DNA from: an uncultured delta proteobacterium
Lineage (GTDB): Bacteria > Myxococcota_A > Polyangia > Polyangiales > Polyangiaceae
Length of the DNA: 64,000 bases
Assembly: GCA_963696385.1 (NCBI GenBank)
Contig: CAVOKF010000004.1
Location: 992,001-1,056,000 of the forward strand
Direction: 5' to 3'
This document shows positions 22,178-31,901 of this stretch, one piece after another. A model generated the notes under the pieces. That model was not told where the DNA came from and did not search any database. It saw nothing but the letters and a program-made list of their open reading frames with translations. The translations under genes and the position numbers were made by a program. The number at the start of each line of letters is the position of its first letter. Position 1 is the stretch's first letter.

Positions 22178-23014
22178 ATGCAAGCAGGGTTGGCGTACGT
22201 GGAAAAATCGAAGCTTGGGCCCTTGTCCGGGACGTGGCGAGACGCCGATGGTTTCGGCATCGAGGCCGCGACGCGCCGCGCGATCGTGGCGGCGCCCCCG
22301 AGTTCCGGTCGGCTTCGACCCGGAGGGCTACCCGGGGACTTGCACCTGGTTACCCATGAGGTCTACTCAAGCCTGATCGTGGTGAGCTTCTCGTTGGGTC
22401 TCCTGAGATCGCTCAGCCCCGCGGAACTCGAGGTCGCCCGGTGGGCAAGCAACGGCCACTCGAACGCCGACATTGCCCGCAGGCGGCAAACCTCCAGACA
22501 CACGGTGGCGAGGCAAATGGCCAGCGTATTGTCCAAGCTCGGCATCGAAGCCCGATTGGGGCTTGCCACGATCCCCGAGCTCTGCGCCTGGTCGCCCACC
22601 CGTTCGGGGCCTGACGCGCCGGAGGATTCGCCCGACCGCTCCTTTCTGTGGGCCAAGGGCATGGAGGTCGAGGCACCCGAGGCGTTCCGCATCTGGCGCG
22701 AGATCGTAGCGGGCCAATGGAGCACCCTCGCCGGCGTCGATGCCGCGGGCACGCGCCACGCCGTCATGAGCCGAGTATCTGCGAATCCGGTCGACTGGCT
22801 CGCGCTGAGCAAGCTGCATGGGGCCGCGCTCGCTCTGTTGGCGCGCGGCGACGCGCCCAAGGTCGTTGCGATGAAACTCGGCCTGGCCCCCTCGACCGTG
22901 TCGTCCGCCTTGGGCTCGGCCCGCCGGCGACTGGGCTTTGAGTCGTCGAGTCAGCTCCTTCGGGCCTACTGCGCGCTCGGGGTCGATCGCGAGACGTACT
23001 TTCGCTCGGAATAG
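22178..23014 (+). CDS. Regulator with two LuxR-type HTH domains
   Basis: LSPAELEVARWASNGHSNADIA and ARGDAPKVVAMKLGLAPSTV. Confidence 0.8.
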   Translation: MQAGLAYVEKSKLGPLSGTWRDADGFGIEAATRRAIVAAPPSSGRLRPGGLPGDLHLVTHEVYSSLIVVSFSLGLLRSLSPAELEVARWASNGHSNADIARRRQTSRHTVARQMASVLSKLGIEARLGLATIPELCAWSPTRSGPDAPEDSPDRSFLWAKGMEVEAPEAFRIWREIVAGQWSTLAGVDAAGTRHAVMSRVSANPVDWLALSKLHGAALALLARGDAPKVVAMKLGLAPSTVSSALGSARRRLGFESSSQLLRAYCALGVDRETYFRSE

Positions 23015-23049
23015 AGTGACTGTTGGGCGAGGCCGGATAAGGCCATGGT

Positions 23050-23558
23050 GGCTCCCGCACGGCGCGGCCGTGACGTTCGGCGAGGCGCTGGACGCGATGA
23101 TCACGCTCAAGAGCGAAGGCAAGATCCGCCACCTGGGCCTGAGTAACGTGACGCTCGCGCAGATCCAGGAGGCGCTCCGCAAGACGCCGATCGTCACGGT
23201 CGAGAACCTGTACAACGCGGCAGCGAGCGGCGAGAAGCTGGGCCAGAGCTTTCTCGGCAACACGGCGGGGCAGGAGGAGATCGTCGCGTTCTGCACCGAG
23301 CAGGGGATCGCGTACCTGCCGTACTTCCCGCTGAACGTTCCGGGGCCAAGCCCCGTCGAGCGCCCGGTCATCCGGAAGATCGCCGCCTCCCGCGGCGTGT
23401 CCGAAACGCAGGTCGCGATCGCCTGGCTGCTCGCTCGCTCGCCCGTGATACTGCCCATCCCCGGCACGAGCTCCGTGGCGCACCTGGAAGACAACTGGGC
23501 GGCACGCAAGCTCGCGCTGACCCGTGACGAGATCGCCGCGATCACCGAAGCGCGCTAG
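23050..23558 (+). pseudogene. Aldo/keto reductase, C-terminal half only
   Basis: GKIRHLGLSN, PIPGTSSVAHLEDN; N-terminal catalytic region absent. Confidence 0.8.
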
Positions 23559-23593
23559 CACCGAGCTCGCTCCCGCAAAAAAAAAGGGACAAG

Positions 23594-25060
23594 CTATTGC
23601 GAGGGCTCGCCGCCGATACCGTGTTTCTTCATCAGGCGATACAGGGCGAACCGATTCGCGACGCCCAGAGCGCGCGCTGCCTTTCCGACGCTCCCACCGA
23701 CCGCAGCGAGTGCGGATCGGATATCGTCGGCCGAAGGCTCCACCACGACACGCGTTGGCGTGGCCGGGGTGGCGGCCGTCCCCGCGGGAGGCTGGCTCGG
23801 CCCCTCACCCGGGGCGACGATTTCGCTGCCGGTCGCTTTCGAGATGCCCTTCCAGAGCAGCGCCTCGAGTTGCCGAGTGTTGGCCGGCAACGGCTGTCGC
23901 AGGACGTAATCGATGAAGCTCGGCGCGAAGCAGGCATCGGGCCGCCCCGCCGAGTCGCGGGCGACGAAGCGACCGGCTACCTCGGGACTTTGCTGGGCCG
24001 CGCGCACGAGCAAGTGCCGAGCGAGCAAGGCAATGTCTTCGCGCCGGGATGCCAGCGGGCTCAACTCGACGAGCGACGCGAGCCGAGCGAGCACGTCGTG
24101 CTTGAGCGTCGAAGGGTCGCGGTTGGTCGCTCCGATCAGGCGAAAGTTCGAACGGCGCGTCGTCGCTTCGCCCAGGCGCTGGTATTCGCCTCCGCTGTCG
24201 AGCACCCGAAGCAGGTGCGCCTGTTGTTCGGCGGGCAGCTCTCCGATTTCGTCGAGAAAGAGCGTCCCGCCGTCCGCCTGGCCGATGAGGCCGGGCCGCT
24301 CGGGCAGCCCCGCGTTCGGATAGTTTCGCGCGCTCCCAAAGAGCTCCGCATCGACGAGACCAGGCGGCAACGTGGCGGCGTTGCGCGCCACGAACGCTCT
24401 CGAGGCGCGCGCCGATAGGCCGTGAATGGCGCGCGCGGCAAGCTCCTTGCCCGTTCCGCTCTCGCCGACGAGAAGCGCGTGGGTCGCCGATTTGGCGACG
24501 AAAGCGAGCCGTTCACGCAGATGCCAGGTCGCCGGCGATTCTCCCAGAATGCCGTGAGCATCCGGCTCGCCGAAGTCGCCCCAGGAGTCCCTCGGAAAGT
24601 AGCGACCCATCGGAATCAACGCCGCTCGTCGCGTGCAGAGAAGCAGGATTTGACGGCGCAGGTACATCGTGTCGCCGGGACGAACGAAGGCCCTCTCGCA
24701 CGGAAGGCCGTTGACTCGCAGCTCGCACCGGCCCACACTCTCGACGACCAAGCCGTCGCCCTGCGCGGTGAGCACGAGCTGCCGACGCGACAGCCCGGCT
24801 CCGGCGAGCCCGGGGCCCGACCCCAGGGCGCCCGGTCGTTGGCGGCAGAAGCGTAGCCGCGCCTCGTCGGTATCGCCTTCCCCGCGGCCGAGCACCTGCG
24901 GGGGCCCGGAGGGCAGGATCACCGCGACTTCGCCGACGCGATGCGGCTCCTCCGCGGACCATGCCAGAGCAAGCACGGTAACCTGGCCGGGGTCTGCGCC
25001 TTCGCCGCCAGGCCCCGAGCGCATATCGCTGGAAACGGGAAGAGTGGTGACACCAGGCAT
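23594..25060 (-). CDS. sigma54-type AAA+ regulator (FHA-like N-terminus, Fis HTH)
   Basis: GESGTGKE, GGTLFLDEIG, ATNRD, C-terminal HTH; GAFTGA replaced by RNYPNA. Confidence 0.9.
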   Translation of the reverse strand: MPGVTTLPVSSDMRSGPGGEGADPGQVTVLALAWSAEEPHRVGEVAVILPSGPPQVLGRGEGDTDEARLRFCRQRPGALGSGPGLAGAGLSRRQLVLTAQGDGLVVESVGRCELRVNGLPCERAFVRPGDTMYLRRQILLLCTRRAALIPMGRYFPRDSWGDFGEPDAHGILGESPATWHLRERLAFVAKSATHALLVGESGTGKELAARAIHGLSARASRAFVARNAATLPPGLVDAELFGSARNYPNAGLPERPGLIGQADGGTLFLDEIGELPAEQQAHLLRVLDSGGEYQRLGEATTRRSNFRLIGATNRDPSTLKHDVLARLASLVELSPLASRREDIALLARHLLVRAAQQSPEVAGRFVARDSAGRPDACFAPSFIDYVLRQPLPANTRQLEALLWKGISKATGSEIVAPGEGPSQPPAGTAATPATPTRVVVEPSADDIRSALAAVGGSVGKAARALGVANRFALYRLMKKHGIGGEPSQ

Positions 25061-25417
25061 GGGACGCGAGGGGCAAGACGGGGAGCCATGGCCGCCGTGG
25101 ATGACCTGCCATGGAGCGGGCGCGGGGATCTTGCTCCTTCAATCCTAGCTCACCCGCGATTCTCGTTGGCGCTCGTTGCGCGCTCGGACGGCCGCTTTCC
25201 GGGGCCCCCGGTCGCAGCCCGGAGTCGCTCGGAATGGGCGGCTCCAACGAGGCAGCACGTAGTTTCGGCGACGGTCGGCGGGCGTCGCCTTCAGCGGTTT
25301 CGACGTCGAGATTTCGGCAGGCACCCTCGCCGTCTCCTAGTTTCGGCGTCGCGATCTCGGCAGGCACCCTCGCCGTGGCGGGCCGAATGGCCACGAGGGC
25401 AAGACACCGGGCCCGGC

Positions 25418-25819
25418 GTGCGTGCACGCACGCCCGCACGTGCGAGCCGTTCGATCGCACGGTTGCCCGACGCAGATTTCCCGGTGTTTCCGCGCGATCG
25501 ACGGACCGGAGCGATTGGCCCCGACCTTGAGATGGCCGTCCTCGAAGGCGCGAACGGCGCCGGGAGGACAATCATGGGAAAAGCCTTGGTCTTTGTGGGG
25601 ACAACCGCGATGGGTTTGGGGGGTGCGCCACCGCCTTGCGAGTTCCCGCGCCGCCCGTTCATCCGGACGCCGAGGCCGGCTTCGCGGCGGGGTTTGGATG
25701 CACGGTAGAAGAAGCGCCGCGCATCGTGGCCCACCGGGTCGATCGCTCCGCCGGACTCGTCGCCGAAGCCGACGACTCGCGCGTGTGGCTGCACTTCTCG
25801 ATGGATCGTGGCGCGAAGC
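25418..25819 (+). pseudogene. Copy 2 of the duplication: frameshifted lipoprotein truncated at the IS
   Basis: MGKALVFVGTTAMGLGG at 25574; homology to copy 1 ends at 25819. Confidence 0.85.
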
Positions 25820-25939
25820 AAATTGACTCTGAACCGGTGGCGTGGGCAAGGGTTTTCGCGCAGAGAGTTTTCTTTTTTTCGTTTCGGAGTGAGCTGGGTT
25901 CTTAGAATTCAATGGACGTTTCCCTTCTCGGCGCTTGAG

Positions 25940-26190
25940 GGCGCCGGAGCACGGTGACAGTAAGGGGAGCGCTCCGAACGCGCGGCTTGGCGAGCTACCT
26001 CTCGATTGACTCTTCACGTGCATCGGGCAGCGAAGTTCGCGTCCAAGGCCCGAGACGTAGATTTGGATTCGAAGCGGTGGAACGAGACGCAATTTTTCGC
26101 ACGAAGTACAGTCACGTCTCCACCGGAGCGGAGATCGCAAGAGCTTCTACCAATTTGTCGCGTTCAACGTTCCTCCAGATGGGGTGCTCT
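25940..26190 (-). ncRNA. Candidate bridge/seek RNA of the IS1111 element (boundaries approximate)
   Basis: Stem GAGACGTG/TACGTCTC encloses GCGAAAAAT and CCAAAT (target-matching); a second loop has AGAGTCAAT, identical to the element end. Confidence 0.7.
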
Positions 26191-26232
26191 TAGGCTACGC
26201 GCTCAAGGCGCATCGGAGACGGTCGTGACGAT

Positions 26233-27384
26233 TCATGTCATGGCGACGTCCTCCGAAATCTTGTTGCGGCGAGGAGCCCGCCGTTGGAGTTTCTTGGCGG
26301 AGCGTTCGAGCGCCTCCGCATTCGCGTTTTTCGAACGAGCCTCTCTGCGAGTGCCCTTTGCGCTCGCCTTGGCCTGTCCCACCGGATCGTAAGCGGTGCC
26401 GTCGCGCCACATCGCCCAGAGGACGCCGGCGAGTTTTCGTGCGATGGCGATGGCGGCGATTCTCTTGCCTCGCGTCTTGGCGATGCGGTCGCCCCACTGG
26501 CGAATCGGGTCGTCCATGTCGCGTGACCTGAGGATGAGCCACGCCGCTTGGACGAGCATTTTTCTCGCATACGTGTTGCCCTGCTTGGTGATCGAGCCCA
26601 GGCGCCGCTTTTCAGGTCCGCCTGTCGTCAACTCCGACGGCACCAAACCAAGGTACGCTCCGACTGCCTGCGCATTGCGAAAGCGCTTCGCCTCGTCGAT
26701 CACCGAAACGAAGGTGGACGCCACGATAAGGCCGACGCCAGGAGCGGTGGCGAGAAGTTTCGTGATGGGCTCACGCATCGCCATCTCCGAAAGCGTCCGT
26801 TCGACCTGGGTGAGCTCTTCTTCGACTCCGACGAGCACGGCAAGGAGCGGCGCGATGAGCGTGCTCGTCGCGTCGTCGAGCGAGCTCTCGCGAACCTTGT
26901 TCACAAAGTTCTCGGTTGTGCATGTGGGAAGGAGCACGCCTGCCGCGCGCCCGAGCCCGCGTATCGTCGTCACATACTGCGCACGTGTTTCGACCAGCGC
27001 GCCGCGCACGCTCAACTGCGCGCGCAGGGCTCGGCGGGCGGGAGACAGAATGTGCGCCTCGGGGATCCGTCCTTGGTCTACGGCACGTGCGGCCGCCTCA
27101 GCATCGAGAGCATCGTTTTTGCGCTTGTGATGCGCGACGCCCATCGCACGCACCCGCGTCGTATCGATCATCTTCGCATCGTGCCCCCACGACGTGAGGG
27201 TATCGTGCACGTGCCATCCTTCACGCGACGCATCAAACGCAATCCGCGCAGGTGGACAGTCGGGGCCGATTCGCGACTTGAGTTGGTCCAGCCTCTTCAC
27301 AGAGGTCCGATCGATGACCTCTCCGTTCCGTATCTCGCAATACGCAATGTGGCGCGCTCCAAGATCCAATCCTATGCTCCGCAT
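26233..27384 (-). CDS. IS110-family transposase/recombinase
   Basis: IGLDLG, KNDALDA, PGVG, YLGLVP, ITKQGN, AIARKLA. Confidence 0.95.
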   Translation of the reverse strand: MRSIGLDLGARHIAYCEIRNGEVIDRTSVKRLDQLKSRIGPDCPPARIAFDASREGWHVHDTLTSWGHDAKMIDTTRVRAMGVAHHKRKNDALDAEAAARAVDQGRIPEAHILSPARRALRAQLSVRGALVETRAQYVTTIRGLGRAAGVLLPTCTTENFVNKVRESSLDDATSTLIAPLLAVLVGVEEELTQVERTLSEMAMREPITKLLATAPGVGLIVASTFVSVIDEAKRFRNAQAVGAYLGLVPSELTTGGPEKRRLGSITKQGNTYARKMLVQAAWLILRSRDMDDPIRQWGDRIAKTRGKRIAAIAIARKLAGVLWAMWRDGTAYDPVGQAKASAKGTRREARSKNANAEALERSAKKLQRRAPRRNKISEDVAMT

Positions 27385-27599
27385 GATCGATCTCCCTTCG
27401 GCCCCCACTTCGCTTTGTGCCTTTGAGCACGCCGGGGTGTCGGATGGATAATCCAGCGGGAGGTCGGTCGCTATTTTCGATGACCGACGACCGGCACGGG
27501 GGCTGCTCTCGAGACGCCCCGCGATCGATCTCGAGGCTGCGGCACCCGTGCCGCGCGGCGTGCCTGGCGGTCCAGGACGCGCCGCCACCGGTTCATCTA

Positions 27600-27705
27600 A
27601 TCTTTCGCCGATTCAGTGATAACGAACGCCCCTAAGACGCGATATGTTTCCGCGCCCGCTTCCGCGGCTCTTCGTTGACCGATACCCTTTCGACTGGCTA
27701 CTCGC
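27600..27705 (-). repeat. ~110-bp repeat, copy A (inverted, interrupted by IS1111)
   Basis: Reverse complement is near-identical to 31129-31236. Confidence 0.9.
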
Positions 27706-27719
27706 TCGGGGGCAGGAAC

Positions 27720-28718
27720 ATGCTCGGACATACTCGTCTCGCCGGGTTTACTCTCTGTAGCGTTGGCATCCTGGCCTGCGGCACCCATTCGGGTACCCGC
27801 GATGCGGGCGCGGCTTGCCAGACCGTCGGACCTCCTCCGACGTCGCAGCTCCCACACGTAACCGTCTCCGGCGCGACTGCGATGGCGATTCTGCAGGCCC
27901 TGGACGCGATATGCGCGTCGCAGACGCCGCCAGTATCGCCGGGCGCGGCCTATTCGCTTCCGAGCCTCGATTGCAGCGATATTGCCGTGCCCGGAGACTC
28001 CGGGTTCGAGTGTCTGCTCGCGCTTGGAGCCGACGGTGGCTCGCAGATTGACGTGAGCGACATCACGGCATCCGCCGCGGGGGCCACGGACGCGGGCGAG
28101 GACACCGACGCGGGCGGAACCATGCTCGCGCAGAACCTGTTCAATGCGCTCGCGGCGACGGTGTCCATGCCCTGCGTCGATCCGCATGGCGTGCATGTGC
28201 AGCTTCAGAACGTGTCGGTGACCGCAAGTGGAATCCAGTTCGACGACGCCTCGAACTACGCAACCTTTGAGGCGCCGAATATTCAGGTTCGCGGGCCTGA
28301 CGCGCAAAGTCTCATCAGCGCGTTCGCCGCCGCGGGGCTCGACGACTGCGACCCGACGCGCAACCTCTTCATCGTCTGCAATACCCAGGGCGGCGCTCCG
28401 GGCTGCGGTCACGAATGGATGACCCTTGCGACCGTGGGCGCGTCCATATTGGAGCCGGCCTGCGGTCCGGGCGGGGGCACGCAGGCCGAACCGCCGTTTG
28501 ATGCCCCGACGTCGCTCGCGATCTGGAACGCCATCATAAAGGCCGCCTCCGACGCCGGGTTTCAGCCGATGAACGGCACTATCGCGCAAACCACCGTCAT
28601 CAACGCCGACTATTTTACGTGGGACGGCACGACCCTGGCCTTCTTGCTCGTTGCCGACGACCCCACTCTGCCGCCCTCGCCCCCGGGCTTCGCCAGCGAC
28701 GGCGGCGCGGACGAATAG
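27720..28718 (+). CDS. Cys-rich lipoprotein of unknown function
   Basis: AGGA RBS, lipobox ILAC, DAG linkers. Confidence 0.75.
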   Translation: MLGHTRLAGFTLCSVGILACGTHSGTRDAGAACQTVGPPPTSQLPHVTVSGATAMAILQALDAICASQTPPVSPGAAYSLPSLDCSDIAVPGDSGFECLLALGADGGSQIDVSDITASAAGATDAGEDTDAGGTMLAQNLFNALAATVSMPCVDPHGVHVQLQNVSVTASGIQFDDASNYATFEAPNIQVRGPDAQSLISAFAAAGLDDCDPTRNLFIVCNTQGGAPGCGHEWMTLATVGASILEPACGPGGGTQAEPPFDAPTSLAIWNAIIKAASDAGFQPMNGTIAQTTVINADYFTWDGTTLAFLLVADDPTLPPSPPGFASDGGADE

Positions 28719-28827
28719 CGACCGCCAGCACGTGCGATGAAATTCACATCGCGACGAGCGCGGCTCCGGTACAGGCCATAGGGATCACGAGGAGGGGTTG
28801 CGAGTCCATTATAGATATACAACTAGC

Positions 28828-29299
28828 CCCAACCCGACAATGTTGAGGCGAGTCTAACTGACAAAAGAAGACTGGAAGGGCGGTTTCGTGCGTGCTTTGT
28901 TTCGAGTTGCGAGAAACGAAACGTCACGACGAAAGGCCACTTCCAGTGCGGATAGGAAAGCGCGGCTTTGAGGCTCGGGTCAAGGGCGACTTGACCCTCC
29001 GTTTCGGACACGAGAGGCTCACGTCGCACGCGGGACTGGAGTTGGTCCGCCGGTTTCTTGCAAAGGGTCGGCTTGTTCGGCGCCCTTCGCGAGAGCGAGG
29101 GCAAACTCGCCGTGGGCGGGGACTTCTCCTTCGGTAGGTGGTGCTCGCGGTGGTGGCGATGCTGCTCGTCGGCGCGAAGCGACTGAGACACCTGGCCTTC
29201 CTCGGCAGCGACCCGCTCTTTTTGCGATTCGCCGGTATGTCGCGAGCTCCGACGGAGCGTTCCCTCGGTCGAGCGTTGACGAGGATGGGATGGCGCACG
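28828..29299 (+). mobile_element. IS1380-family remnant (left end plus frameshifted transposase 5' part)
   Basis: LRFGHERLTSHAGLELVRRF, then LLVGAKRLRHLAFLGSDPL; cut at repeat D. Confidence 0.65.
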
Positions 29300-29420
29300 G
29301 CGAATAGGTGAAGCAAAGCCTGGCGGACGACGAAGAGCCGCGGAAACCACCGCGGTCCCATATAACGCCTTTGGGGCGAGTCCGTTGTCACTGCAACAGC
29401 GAACCGATTTGGCTACTCGC
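29300..29420 (+). repeat. ~110-bp repeat, copy D
   Basis: Differs from copy E by one base up to GATTTG; ends in CTACTCGC, the inverse of the left motif. Confidence 0.9.
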
Positions 29421-29479
29421 CAGCGCTCTTGGGCGAATAACAGCCCCGTTCCTATGCGAACAACGCCCGCCTTTGTCCC

Positions 29480-30673
29480 TCACTGGTTGCCTGCGGCCAG
29501 CGCCGCGATTTCAGCACCGGACAGAGCTCGTGAATACCACCGGATTTCGTCCAGGTCCCCAGCGAAGTACGTATCATCATACGCAGCTCGGGACGCATTG
29601 TGGGCAAAGCACAGCGAGCCGTTGTTGTTTGAGATGTCCCCCGACGCTACTTGAGAGGCATCAAAAAGCCCGTCAATGTAGATGTTCTCGTTGGCGCCGT
29701 CGTAAGTTGCGGCAACATAGTGCCAGGTATTGAATGACAACGCAGTGGCGGAGATGAGGTTGGCTCCTGGACTCGTCAACTCAAACAAGTAAAAGACAAT
29801 TTTGCCGTTGGCGTTGATCCCTGTGAACTTATCTTCAAGCCCGTTGACCCACTTATTAATGAGGATTGTATTATCAGCAGAGGGGGCTGCCGGGATGTTG
29901 ATCCAGAACGCGATCGTGTAACCGGCCGCCAGGTTCAGCGTGGTGGACGTGGGTATCAAGACGTCCCCGGTCGTGCCGTTGAATGAGAACGCTTGCCCGA
30001 ATTTCCCGGTCACGAACGTGACGCCTCCATCGCCACCCTGGAGGGTCCCATTGTTCGGGCCCACGCTGTCGTTCGCGTTCCCTTCGCCATGCCACAAGCT
30101 GACGAGGCCCTGGGTCAGGGTATCGGCGTCGGCTGCATCCCCGTCCCCGGCTTCGCTATCTGGCTCCTCGATGACGTCCGGGTATGGTGCACAACAATCG
30201 AGTGCATCCGGCTCGACGTCCGGTACCGTCCCGTCCTCAGCGTCTGGTTCTGCGTCCTGTACCGTCCCATCCTTGGCGTCTGGTTCCGCGTCCGCTTCCA
30301 CGTCTGGTTGAGCGTCCGAGACAGTTGCATCCTTGCCCCCGTCCCCGGCGTCCAGTTCACTCGAGGACGAGCTTGAAGTGCTCGTCGAGCTTGAACTCGA
30401 ACCATCGGATGCGTCCGGCTCGGATCCGTCAGACGCGTCGACGGATCCGTCGGACGCGTCCGTGCCCGCGTCCAATTCACTCGAAGACGAGCTTGAAGTG
30501 CTCGACGATGTTGAGCTCGAGGATGGTTCGCTTGAGCTTGAAGAGCTCTCGGGGGAAGCGTCGGACGGCCCCGTCGAAGAGCTTCCACAAGCGGACAGAG
30601 CCGCAAAATGTCCGGTTACGACCGCAAATGCGCCGATTCTGAACCACTCTCGCTTCAAGACATACCTCCGCAT
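29480..30673 (-). CDS. Lipoprotein with Ser/Asp-rich repeat linker and C-terminal LamG/concanavalin-like domain
   Basis: LSAC lipobox; GLVSLWHGEGNAND, WHYVAATYDG..IYIDG, FAGDLDEIRWYSRALS. Confidence 0.88.
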   Translation of the reverse strand: MRRYVLKREWFRIGAFAVVTGHFAALSACGSSSTGPSDASPESSSSSSEPSSSSTSSSTSSSSSSELDAGTDASDGSVDASDGSEPDASDGSSSSSTSTSSSSSSELDAGDGGKDATVSDAQPDVEADAEPDAKDGTVQDAEPDAEDGTVPDVEPDALDCCAPYPDVIEEPDSEAGDGDAADADTLTQGLVSLWHGEGNANDSVGPNNGTLQGGDGGVTFVTGKFGQAFSFNGTTGDVLIPTSTTLNLAAGYTIAFWINIPAAPSADNTILINKWVNGLEDKFTGINANGKIVFYLFELTSPGANLISATALSFNTWHYVAATYDGANENIYIDGLFDASQVASGDISNNNGSLCFAHNASRAAYDDTYFAGDLDEIRWYSRALSGAEIAALAAGNQ

Positions 30674-30956
30674 TCATCGACGTGGAGAGCCGACAGTGGT
30701 GCCAAGAGGCGCACAAAGTGGACCAAGCTCGAGTGGCACGCGCTGCAACAAAAAGTTCAACAGGCTCGGATAAATCATGCCAACTCAGCTTTGACACGGT
30801 CTGGGAGAGGATCTGGAAGAGCTCCTAATGTGGCACGCGAAGCTACATGTGGCGCATGGCGCTACTTTGTGGCTTCGCGTACCACACACGTAGGTGGCGC
30901 GGCAGTGTCCGGTCTCAGGTGCTTGATCGGCTCCCTCCGCGCCTGTACTTCGGGCA

Positions 30957-31162
30957 TGAACCCGTTTCGTGCGCTTCCCGACGACGCCCCGGCCACCATC
31001 CCCGCGCCACCGCCGTCCGAGGCTCTGTGCAGCCATTCTGGACCGATCGCCTCGATCCGGACTTGCGTGGTCTGCGGCAAGCCCATCAAGGGCCGCGCGG
31101 AAAAACGGTCGTGCTCTGGCCGTTGCCGGCGAGTAGCCAGTCGAAAGGGTATCGGTCAATGA
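30957..31162 (+). CDS. Small Zn-ribbon protein, 3' end overlapped by repeat B
   Basis: CVVCGKPI..KRSCSGRCR. Confidence 0.45.
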
Positions 31163-31236
31163 AGAGCCGCGGAAGCCACCGCGGAAACATATCGCGTCTT
31201 AGGGGCTTCCGTTGTCACCGAGCGGCGAAAGATTTG
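31129..31236 (+). repeat. ~110-bp repeat, copy B
   Basis: GCGAGTAG...CCGCGGAAGCCACCGCGG...CATAT-CGCGTC-TTAGGGGC...GCGAAAGATTTG. Confidence 0.9.
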
Positions 31237-31301
31237 GCCAGCCCGGGACGCGAACGCGCGGGCGCTTGATCTTTCCCTCAACGGGTCCGATGCTAGCCGC
31301 C

Positions 31302-31502
31302 ATGACTGGCAGCCCAGTTCCGTCGTATGAGCACGAGGACTCACCCGAGGTGGCGGCCCTGCGTAAGCGCATCCGTGGCGAGCCGCTCTCAGCGGCGGAA
31401 GACGCCCTCCTCGCGTCCGCGACGCGCAAGCCGTCCGGGCCCGGTGTACTGCACGCCGAGGTGATGGCCGAGCTCGCCGAGCGCGAACGCCGCGGCGAAT
31501 GA
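31302..31502 (+). CDS. Putative antitoxin
   Basis: 66 aa, ATGA-coupled to the following RelE-like ORF. Confidence 0.5.
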   Translation: MTGSPVPSYEHEDSPEVAALRKRIRGEPLSAAEDALLASATRKPSGPGVLHAEVMAELAERERRGE

Positions 31503-31717
31503 TTGTAGTTTGGGACGAGTCCGCCCTCGAGAGCTGGCGCCGCTTGTCGCTGAGCGATGCGAGGGCGGTCGCCGAGGCTGTCGAGCGATGGGCGCAGACG
31601 GGACAGGGTCTCGTCGTAGCCGTCGACGGGGAGTTCCAGCTCTTCGTCGGTCAACACGTCGTCGTGATGCTCGTGGCCCGCGATACGCTCTACATCGACC
31701 GCGTGCGCCGGGCTTAG
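31499..31717 (+). CDS. Putative RelE/ParE-like toxin
   Basis: MIVVWDESALESWRRL...FQLFVGQHVVV...LYIDRV resembles the RelE pattern. Confidence 0.55.
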   Translation: MIVVWDESALESWRRLSLSDARAVAEAVERWAQTGQGLVVAVDGEFQLFVGQHVVVMLVARDTLYIDRVRRA

Positions 31718-31901
31718 GCCCTCAGCAGCTCCGGGGGAGCCCTGCCGCCATCCGCCGGAAGCAGTATCGGCTTCGTGAATGGTCAGTCGGCGTGTCTCAG
31801 CGCGTCCAACTTCCGCTCGGAGGCTCGCGCCGAATCGCGTTGATCAGTCGCCCGGCGAGGCGAAACGGGCGGCCCGAGCTGCTGCCCATTACGCTTGAAG
31901 G

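Larger units (their letters stand above)
25824..27599 (-). mobile_element. Complete IS110-family (IS1111-type) insertion sequence
   Basis: 13-bp sub-terminal IRs TGAACCGGTGGCG (25830-25842 / 27583-27595), AT core at both junctions (25822-23, 27600-01), transposase, ~410-nt downstream non-coding end. Confidence 0.9.

Noticed and set aside
27385..27595. Upstream IS end as the bridge RNA
   Set aside because: It is structured, but the target- and donor-matching motifs were found in the downstream end instead; not fully excluded.
29300..29420. Ribozyme or riboswitch in the 110-bp repeat
   Set aside because: Only the CCGCGG hairpin is shared by all full copies; other stems do not covary and no hammerhead core is visible.
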